Assembly (NCBI GenBank): GCA_038882975.1
Contig: JAVZNE010000006.1
Location: forward strand, 1 to 64,000
From: Candidatus Bathyarchaeia archaeon
GTDB taxonomy: Archaea; Thermoproteota; Bathyarchaeia; Bathyarchaeales; Bathycorpusculaceae
Reading direction: 5' to 3'
DNA: 64,000 bases
The stretch's first letter is position 1; the number at the start of each line of letters is the position of its first letter. A model generated the notes under the pieces. That model did no database searches. It had not been told where the DNA came from and worked only from the letters and a program-made list of their open reading frames with translations. A program made the position numbers and the translations under genes. Below, in pieces: positions 56,806 through 64,000 of the stretch.

Positions 56806-58320
56806 TTGAAGATGGCTGGTTTGCGGCTTCATGAAAGAAAAACTTTAATGGCGCTGCAGGGGCTTGGCGGAAAAGCCTCTGTGGAAGACATAGCCGAAAA
56901 AAGCGGCTTGGCACACGCCGCTGTTATGAGGGCTGCCCTAACCCTTATAGCGCGTAAACTTGTGAAAGTTCATGAGAGGAAATGGAATGTCGCTACATTA
57001 AATGAGGAAGGCGAAGGCTATGCGCAGTACGGCTTGCCAGAGCGGCGTCTTCTCCGTGCTTTGTTGAGGCTTGGCGGCGAAGTGAATGTGGATGAAGCTG
57101 TCAAAGAGGCTGGCTTAGACGCTAGTCTTGTGCCAATTGCTTTGGGCTGGCTGAAGAGAAAGAATTGGGGGGCGATAAAAGGCAAAAGGTGCATTTTAAA
57201 TGTGAGAGTCGAGCCGCCGTTTGGGTATGACGAAAAGCTTCTAGCCACAATTTTCGAGAAGCGCTCCATCACCGTTGACGGTTTAAGCAGAGAGCTAAAA
57301 GAAGCCCTAAACATTCTTCGAAGGCGCAAGCTTGTAGATTTAGAGGAGAAAACCCACCGCGAACTGGAGCTAACAGCGGAAGGCTGGAAAACTGTCAAGA
57401 AAGGCTTGGAAATAGTTGAGGAAGTGACTCAACTAACCCCGGAGCTTATAATTTCTGGGCGTTGGAAAAGCGTGAAACTCACAAGATTTGATGTAGCGGC
57501 TCCTGGACCAGCCGTTTATCCGGGCAAGATACACCCACTGCAGCAGATTATAAAGCGCGCCCGCGAAATTTTCTTGGAGATGGGCTTCACGGAAATTCGT
57601 GGTCCACTGGTGGAGACGGCCTTCTGGAACTTTGACGCCTTGTTCCAGCCTCAAGACCACCCAGCCCGCGAGATGATGGACACGTTTTATTTGGCAAACC
57701 CTCAGACCGGACGATTACCATCAAAAAAGCTTGTGGAGGCTGTGGCAAAAACCCACGAGGACGGCTGGATTACGGGTTCTAAGGGCTGGCGTTACAAGTG
57801 GAGTCCAGAAGAAGCCAAGAAGCTTGTTTTGCGAACCCACACAACAGCTGAAACAATAAAGTATTTGGCTACGCATAAGAAGCCGCCCATTAAGGTTTTC
57901 TCAGTGGATAGGGTTTACCGCAACGAGCAGGTCACATATAAGCACCTGGCTGAGTTCCACCAGATTGAGGGCATAGTTGTCGATAAAAGGGTTTCACTCC
58001 GCGATTTAATGGGAACCCTAAAAACCTTCTACACAAAATTCGGCCTTGAAAAGATAGAGTTTTGGCCAAGCTACTTCCCGTATACAGAACCTTCAGCCCA
58101 GGCTGTGGCTTACCATCCCAAGCTTAAGCGTTGGATAGAACTTTGTGGCATGGGAATTTTCCGTCCAGAAGTTTTGGCGCCAGTAGGCGTAAAATATCCA
58201 GTTTTGGCTTGGGGAGGAGGCCTAGAACGGTTAGCCATGATTGAGCTTGGCTTGGATGATGTTAGGCTGTTATACGCGAATAGTTTGGGTTGGCTTAGGA
58301 GGACACCCCTATGCCGGTGA
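56806..58320 (+). CDS. pheS: Phenylalanyl-tRNA synthetase alpha subunit
   Basis: FWNFDALFQPQDHPAR, LRTHTT, EFHQIEG, YFPYTEPS, AWGGGLER. Confidence 0.97.
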   Translation: MKMAGLRLHERKTLMALQGLGGKASVEDIAEKSGLAHAAVMRAALTLIARKLVKVHERKWNVATLNEEGEGYAQYGLPERRLLRALLRLGGEVNVDEAVKEAGLDASLVPIALGWLKRKNWGAIKGKRCILNVRVEPPFGYDEKLLATIFEKRSITVDGLSRELKEALNILRRRKLVDLEEKTHRELELTAEGWKTVKKGLEIVEEVTQLTPELIISGRWKSVKLTRFDVAAPGPAVYPGKIHPLQQIIKRAREIFLEMGFTEIRGPLVETAFWNFDALFQPQDHPAREMMDTFYLANPQTGRLPSKKLVEAVAKTHEDGWITGSKGWRYKWSPEEAKKLVLRTHTTAETIKYLATHKKPPIKVFSVDRVYRNEQVTYKHLAEFHQIEGIVVDKRVSLRDLMGTLKTFYTKFGLEKIEFWPSYFPYTEPSAQAVAYHPKLKRWIELCGMGIFRPEVLAPVGVKYPVLAWGGGLERLAMIELGLDDVRLLYANSLGWLRRTPLCR

Positions 58321-60047
58321 TAACCCTTCACGTGAAGCGCTTTTCAAGGTTTTTGGGTGGACCAGTAACCGTCGAGGACTTGACAAAGTGGCTTCCATGG
58401 GTAGGCTTCGACTTGGAGGAGATCGGCGAAGACTATGTTAAAGCAGAGTACAACCCAAACCGCATAGACTTCTGCAGCTATGCCGGCGTGGCTCGCGCTT
58501 TGAAAGGCTTCTTGGAAATGGAGACTGGAATGCCAAAGTATCATGCGGAAGAGTCAAAAACAACACTGAAAGTGGACGGCGCCGTTGCCACTGTTAGGCC
58601 TTACATGCTTGCGGCTATAGTCCGCGATGTAAAGTTGGATGAGGACGCTGTTGTTGAGCTTATGGATATGCAAGAAGACCTCCACTGGGGAGTAGGCAGA
58701 GACCGCCGGAAGGCTTCTATTGGCATTCACAACTTGGACGCTGTTGAGCCCCCATTCACTTACACAGCTGTAGAACCCACAAGCGTCAAGTTCGTTCCGC
58801 TTGGCAAGACGGAGGAGATGACGCCGAAAGAGATTCTTGAAAAACACGAGAAGGGCGTTGCCTACCGCCACCTAGTCGACTGGTCGCCAAGATATCCCCT
58901 CCTAATCGACAAGCATGGGCGGGTTTTGTCCATGCCGCCAATAATAAACGGTGAGCTCACAAGGGTCACCGCGGACACGCGAAATCTATTCTTGGATGTT
59001 ACTGGACCAAGCTTTGAAGCGGTGGAGAAAAGCCTAAAAGTTTTGGCCACAGCGCTGGCGGACATGGGCGGCAAACTGGAAAAGGTTACAGTGCATTATC
59101 CAGACCGCACAGTGGTTTCGCCCAGCCTTGAACCAGAGAAAATGAGACTTAGGCTAAACTACGCCAACAAGATGCTCGGCCTAAAAATTTCAGAGGCTGA
59201 AGCCGTAAAGTGCCTACAAAAGTGCCGACTGGATGCGGAAGCCGTTGATAAAGGCGTTCTGGAAGTTTCCATTCCGCCATATCGTATTGACATAATGCAC
59301 GAGATAGACCTTGTTGAGGAGGTCGCCATAGGCTACGGCTATTATAGGCTTGAGCCAACGATACCAGCCACCGTTACTGTCGGCGAAAAGCACCCGGCTA
59401 ACAGGTTGGCGGATACTGTGCGCCAAATAATGACTGGTTTAGGCTTCATGGAAGTTATGAACTTTACATTGACAAACGAACGCGTCCACTACACGCTTAT
59501 GAGGCTAAAACCTAAAAACCCGGTGCGCCTTGCAAACCCAGTGTCAGCCGAATATACTATCATGCGGGAGATGCTCCTACCAGGACTTTTGAAAAACCTA
59601 GCTGAAAACAAGCATGAAAGCTACCCTCAAAAGCTTTTTGAAGTTTCAGATGTGGCGAAAATAAACCGTCGACTAGAAACTATGTGTGAGAGACGCTTAC
59701 ACTTGGCAGCGGTAACATGCCACTCAACAGCCAACTACACAGAAATAAAATCCACATGTGAGGCTCTCCTTGCCAACCTAGGCTTAACAAACTGGCAAAT
59801 AAAAGAGGCGAAACATCCAAGCTTCTTGCAAGGCAGAACAGCCGCCATCAAAATAGGCGATAAACAAATTGGGGTTCTAGGCGAAGTCCACCCACAAGTC
59901 CTAAACAACTTTGAACTAGAAAACCCGACGGCAAGCCTCGAAATAGACCTAGAATGGCTAATACAAAGAAAATCTAGAGGGGTATCCAATTTAGCAACCG
60001 CCTACAACCTAAAATTGGCGCACGGGTGTAACGATGACTGTCCATAA
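58311..60047 (+). CDS. pheT: Phenylalanyl-tRNA synthetase beta subunit
   Basis: NPNRID, SMPPIIN, YRIDIMHEIDLVEEVAIGYG, GEVHP. Confidence 0.97.
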   Translation: MPVITLHVKRFSRFLGGPVTVEDLTKWLPWVGFDLEEIGEDYVKAEYNPNRIDFCSYAGVARALKGFLEMETGMPKYHAEESKTTLKVDGAVATVRPYMLAAIVRDVKLDEDAVVELMDMQEDLHWGVGRDRRKASIGIHNLDAVEPPFTYTAVEPTSVKFVPLGKTEEMTPKEILEKHEKGVAYRHLVDWSPRYPLLIDKHGRVLSMPPIINGELTRVTADTRNLFLDVTGPSFEAVEKSLKVLATALADMGGKLEKVTVHYPDRTVVSPSLEPEKMRLRLNYANKMLGLKISEAEAVKCLQKCRLDAEAVDKGVLEVSIPPYRIDIMHEIDLVEEVAIGYGYYRLEPTIPATVTVGEKHPANRLADTVRQIMTGLGFMEVMNFTLTNERVHYTLMRLKPKNPVRLANPVSAEYTIMREMLLPGLLKNLAENKHESYPQKLFEVSDVAKINRRLETMCERRLHLAAVTCHSTANYTEIKSTCEALLANLGLTNWQIKEAKHPSFLQGRTAAIKIGDKQIGVLGEVHPQVLNNFELENPTASLEIDLEWLIQRKSRGVSNLATAYNLKLAHGCNDDCP

Positions 60048-60181
60048 GCTTTCTGAATGTTTTGTTTAGAAATGCAGAAGAACAAAATAGCCTTCGTAAT
60101 CCTCCCCTCAATAGAGTAGAAGATTTTTCCGAAAATTTTAAGCCAACATCGATAGATTAATGACCGAGGAGATGGGAAAGA

Positions 60182-60658
60182 ATGAAGGTTGCAGGTGAAA
60201 AATGGAAGAAGATATTTGAAGGACATAGGCTTGAAATTCTGGTGGTATCTATTTGCGTTTTACTGTCGGCTTCAATAATAGTTTACGCCTTTGAATACCT
60301 TTGGTCTGGTTCAGTTGGTGCTACAATCACCACAGAAGTGGAAAACATCAAAGTTTATGATCAGCTTGGAAATGAGGTGACTTCAATAAACTTCGGCAAT
60401 TTAAATCCAAGCTCAATTATAAGCGTGACATTAAAAATAAAGAATATTAGCCCAAACGCAACAATCACAATAACTTGGGAGTCAACCGCTTCGAGCGTCA
60501 CTAACAACAAAATAACAGACTATTGGACATACGGCGGAAACAATCTTCATGTGTCGCTATCTCCAGGTCAAGAAATAACAACCACCTATAGAATTTATGT
60601 TGCTTCGGATTGCCCATTGCAATCCTATTCTTGGACACTTTACATTATACCTGGATAA
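60182..60658 (+). CDS. Small secreted Ig-like protein
   Basis: Signal/TM segment, then a T/S/I/N-rich beta protein (INFGNLNP, LSPGQ). Confidence 0.65.
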   Translation: MKVAGEKWKKIFEGHRLEILVVSICVLLSASIIVYAFEYLWSGSVGATITTEVENIKVYDQLGNEVTSINFGNLNPSSIISVTLKIKNISPNATITITWESTASSVTNNKITDYWTYGGNNLHVSLSPGQEITTTYRIYVASDCPLQSYSWTLYIIPG

Positions 60659-60685
60659 AAATATCCAAGAAGCGCGGGGCTTTAA

Positions 60686-62170
60686 ATGGATCGCAAGACT
60701 ACAATAGTGACATGTGTAATTCTTATTCTAATCTTTATCAGTGCTACAGTTTATGGTGCTTTTGTAAGTCTTTGGAGAGCTTCTGTAACTGTTACCGTTA
60801 CGGCTGCATCCTTTAAAAAAAGTTTGCAGATTCTCACAAGACCTTACGTGCCAATCGCAAATTTAACCGTCAACTATGAATTAGTTGGCCAAAGTGGCGG
60901 AGAAAATGTCTATAGGATAACTGGTGTTCAACTACGTTTAATCGGGTATACCGGCTACTACCGAGTTTTTATCCGCGATTCAAGCAAAAACACAATCTGG
61001 TCAACATGGGGTTTCTGCGGAACAGGTTTTATCAAAAGTTTTACGCCTACATCAAATGTTAAAAGCTCATACGAGATAGGCATATCAATTAAAGGAGTAG
61101 ACGATATTGCCGCGATTGTAAAACCATTTCTTAAATTCACAGACTGGTATATGGAAGCCGCAGAAAAGCTGAGTGAAAACTCGTTTCTCTTGTCACTTAT
61201 TCTCGACGTTATCAGCAATCTAGCTGATATGCTCAAACCAGAAGACGTTGACCTATGGGAAGCCACTCCATTAGCTGTCGCTAAATCTTCCGCAGCTCAA
61301 TTTGACCCGGAAACTCCGCAATGGTCAGAACCAACAAATTTGGCCAGCCTACTCTTATCCTACTTGCATAGCTCTGGTGAGTTAAGAGTTTATGATTCCA
61401 TCGAACGTGTAACAGGCCTAATTAATGGAGAGATTGTAGAGGAGATACCGAACTCAGTATACTTCAACAACACCGTAATCATATTTCCAGCAAATGATTC
61501 ATACATCTATGAAGTTGCAGGTATAGAAGAAGGATTATACGGGATTGTCACAGCCTATATCCCAGAAGAAGAAGGCAGCGCGTTCATTGCCGGAGACATA
61601 CCTGTTTCATTAAGTACCATACACCGATTTGTCGTTGATTGGGCTGCCCTTTCCTTGAATGAAGGGGGAGTAATTGTTAAAGATGATTCTAATGCTGATG
61701 GGATTTTTGAGCGAGTTTTTGCTTCAGATAATGAACTAGACCAGGAGGAATTTTCATTAGCCGCTATAAGATTTCATGCAGTTTGGGAAGGCATCTCCTA
61801 CTCAGTGTTCATTTCAACCAACTCAACAGTGTCAAACTTCGCCTTCAACCAAAACCGGGCAATTGTCAGCTTTAATCTAAAAGGCGCAACTGGTTCACGC
61901 GGCTACTGTAACGTCACTATCCCAACGGCGCTTCTAAAAGGCGAGCCTTGGACTATTTTGCTGAATGGAACAAACTGGAGTTTTACAGCGACACAAAATG
62001 GAAACTACAGTTTCATACACTTCAATTATACTCACGCAAGCACGTACGAAGTTGTAATTCAGGGGACATGGGTCGTGCCAGAATTTCCATCAACCGCAAT
62101 TTTACCATCCTTTATCCTCATAACCTACACCATAATAATTTTACTGAAGAAAAGAAGACAAAAACTCTAA
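60686..62170 (+). CDS. Secreted modular protein with PEF-CTERM-like anchor
   Basis: Signal peptide; GELRVYDS..RVTGL domain; GYCNVTIP domain; VVPEF + TM + KKRR. Confidence 0.7.
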   Translation: MDRKTTIVTCVILILIFISATVYGAFVSLWRASVTVTVTAASFKKSLQILTRPYVPIANLTVNYELVGQSGGENVYRITGVQLRLIGYTGYYRVFIRDSSKNTIWSTWGFCGTGFIKSFTPTSNVKSSYEIGISIKGVDDIAAIVKPFLKFTDWYMEAAEKLSENSFLLSLILDVISNLADMLKPEDVDLWEATPLAVAKSSAAQFDPETPQWSEPTNLASLLLSYLHSSGELRVYDSIERVTGLINGEIVEEIPNSVYFNNTVIIFPANDSYIYEVAGIEEGLYGIVTAYIPEEEGSAFIAGDIPVSLSTIHRFVVDWAALSLNEGGVIVKDDSNADGIFERVFASDNELDQEEFSLAAIRFHAVWEGISYSVFISTNSTVSNFAFNQNRAIVSFNLKGATGSRGYCNVTIPTALLKGEPWTILLNGTNWSFTATQNGNYSFIHFNYTHASTYEVVIQGTWVVPEFPSTAILPSFILITYTIIILLKKRRQKL

Positions 62171-62186
62171 TACCCCAAATTTTTCT

Positions 62187-63344
62187 TCAACTAGCAAAAC
62201 CGTGCAATTGTCTTCTTTTTCCATGTGTTGCTATGACCAAAAAGGTCAACGTCATAAAGCTTGTTAAGATTAGGTTTGCTGGAAATTCTGGGATTATAAA
62301 TAGCAATTGTATTGTGATTTGCTTGTTTGCATCCATGTTTACTTGTTGTTGCTCAGCGTAGGTTTCGTAGGTGGTCTCTATTGTATAGGTTCCAACCGGA
62401 TATTCACCTGTGGCGTTGAGCATTTTTTCCATTAACGTTAATCTTGCCCAACCATTTGTATCAGTTAGTTTTGACTCCGCAATTGAATCGTTTGGATAAT
62501 AGGCCGTGACGTTTGCGTTCGGGACATCTGCGCCATTTAAGTCTATAACGTGTGTGTCTAGATACCAAAATATAAAGAGCTGTGAACTGTCATATAGGTT
62601 TCTTTCTGTGAAAGAGGAGTTTGTCAGCCAAACTGAAGTTTCATCGTATGCGTTGATTCTCTGGATCGTAGAATCCAAAACATGCTGTTGAGAACTACCG
62701 TAAGCAACTAACGCTGTTAATGTGCATTCGTAAATCCAAGCGACACCGCTCCCATATGTGTTTGAAGCAAAAATTTGACTGCTATGGACACGATTTTCTC
62801 CAGAATAAACATTAAAATCATTAATGGAAGAATTAAAAATGAAAGCGCCGTTTCCGAATACGCTTAAGCCATGGATGCTGAAATTGTAGAAACTTGCTAT
62901 GTAAACTATTCCTATTGAAAGCCAGCAATAGGCTGTCGGTTGCGCTCCTATAAACTGAGAATCATAAACGGTGGTTAAGCTGTTACCCGCAAGACGTATG
63001 GAATATTTGTAATTTGATATTATTGTTGTGTTTGTGACTTGTAATCGCGGAATCCCATTAGAGGGGTTCCTTAGGGTCAAGTTATATTGCCAGTCACTAG
63101 ACTGTGTAAAGTTAACCACGGCATCTCGCAAGATAAGCGTGGCGTTTTCTTCAACAATTATACTCCCATTTATATGAAAATCGCCCTCAATGACATAAAC
63201 ATCATTGCCCCTTAAAATTAAGTCTCCCTGATAAGGAATCACGCCCTCATCGACAAGACCGGCATTTACGAATTGCGCCTGAACCGTGAAACGTACAAGA
63301 AAACCCAATGAAAAACAAAGCAAAAAGGTTGCAGCAAACTTCAT
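62187..63344 (-). CDS. Secreted beta-helix-like protein with PEF-CTERM-like anchor; paralog of 18850..20913
   Basis: Shares YQGDL.L...YVI.G.F.INGSIIV.ENATL.L and WYLD..V.D..G.DVP.ANVT with 18850..20913; IIPEF + TM + KRR. Confidence 0.75.
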   Translation of the reverse strand: MKFAATFLLCFSLGFLVRFTVQAQFVNAGLVDEGVIPYQGDLILRGNDVYVIEGDFHINGSIIVEENATLILRDAVVNFTQSSDWQYNLTLRNPSNGIPRLQVTNTTIISNYKYSIRLAGNSLTTVYDSQFIGAQPTAYCWLSIGIVYIASFYNFSIHGLSVFGNGAFIFNSSINDFNVYSGENRVHSSQIFASNTYGSGVAWIYECTLTALVAYGSSQQHVLDSTIQRINAYDETSVWLTNSSFTERNLYDSSQLFIFWYLDTHVIDLNGADVPNANVTAYYPNDSIAESKLTDTNGWARLTLMEKMLNATGEYPVGTYTIETTYETYAEQQQVNMDANKQITIQLLFIIPEFPANLILTSFMTLTFLVIATHGKRRQLHGFAS

Positions 63345-63638
63345 ATTGTTTTCCTCCGAAGCCTATCCGCTTTAGTGCTTCTGAACCTCCGCGACGAATC
63401 GAACATAATTATTTATAAAATTTCCATTTATTTTTTTGTGGGTGTTACATTCATATACGCTAAGCCAAGTCGCGTGCGGATCAGCACAAGTACAACTTGC
63501 CCCCACAAAATTTCTAGAAAGGGAAGGGGCAGGGAAAATAAGCTGAAAAACGGTCCTAAATTCCAACCAAAACTCCAACAAATGACTAGTACTTCGGAAA
63601 CAGCAACATTTAATTCTGTAAAGGCTTAGACTAGAATT

Positions 63639-63879
63639 GGCGATGAACCTTTTGCAGAGCCTTAATCCCGCCGGGATAAATCCATGCCGACGGACCCAAC
63701 AGAGCGGCAAGTGCAAAAACGCTTGTTGCCGTGAAGGCGGGTTTACCCAAGCATGGGACACCGGCGGGCGCGGGCGCCAAACCTCCCACGCCGGAGAGAG
63801 CTTAACCAAGGGGAGCGCATGGCTCCACAATGAGGTTAAGTGATAGGTAACGTGGGAGACAATAAGCGCCCGCGAAACA
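63639..63879 (+). ncRNA. Candidate two-hairpin H/ACA-type guide RNA
   Basis: Hairpins 63681-63757 and 63783-63858, each with an internal pocket and followed directly by ACA; K-turn-like CAGA/GTGAAG in hairpin 1; GC-rich island in an intergenic region. Confidence 0.65.
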
Positions 63880-63925
63880 ACTTTTAAGTTTATGTTTGGC
63901 GTAAATGTAGAAGGTTTGACCAGTC

Positions 63926-64000
63926 TTGGACATAGAAACAAAAATAGACCTAATTAAGAGACCACCAACTGAGGAGATTCTCGTCGAAAGCGAGTTAAGG
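63926..64000 (+). CDS. tyrS: Tyrosyl-tRNA synthetase, N-terminal fragment (runs off the window)
   Basis: TTG start, MDIETKIDLIKRPPTEEILVESELR, matching the archaeal TyrRS N-terminal pattern; follows trpS/pheST. Confidence 0.75.
   Translation, partial: MDIETKIDLIKRPPTEEILVESELR

Noticed and set aside
63372-63941. 189-aa minus-strand ORF and overlapping 63375/63637 ORFs; also considered as TnpB remnant, SRP RNA, RNase P RNA or T-box
   Set aside because: No protein motifs, and the signature sequences of those RNAs are absent; the region is better explained by the H/ACA-like RNA.
63969-63990. Hammerhead-like core CTGAGGA...GAAA
   Set aside because: Lies in frame within the tyrS N-terminus (PTEEILVES); no stem I/III partner is visible.

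Overview
Archaeal chromosomal window, most likely from Bathyarchaeia (TACK). This is inferred from the class I LysRS, crenarchaeal-type SSB, DUF1512, stand-alone 5S rRNA, multi-intron tRNA and many PEF-CTERM-like surface proteins. Most of it is housekeeping: aminoacyl-tRNA synthetases (lysS, argS, trpS, pheST, start of tyrS), tmk, deoC, map, aconitase X / phosphomevalonate dehydratase, three tRNAs and 5S rRNA. It also carries a complete DapL-type diaminopimelate lysine pathway with a LysM-like Lrp regulator. The most interesting items are: (1) an uncharacterised five-gene module with two paralogous nucleotidyltransferase-fold proteins, a metallophosphoesterase, an APC permease and a 2-TM protein (43039-48910); (2) a thiolase lacking all catalytic residues, coupled to a DUF35-HMG-CoA synthase fusion; (3) a candidate two-hairpin H/ACA-like guide RNA upstream of tyrS, with a plausible 23S peptidyl-transferase-centre target; (4) a tRNA-Trp with two introns, one carrying a partly degenerate C/D guide; (5) a probable ACG start codon; and (6) a 67-bp GC-rich cassette flanked by 12-bp direct repeats. 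All assignments come from reading motifs by eye; no searches were run.
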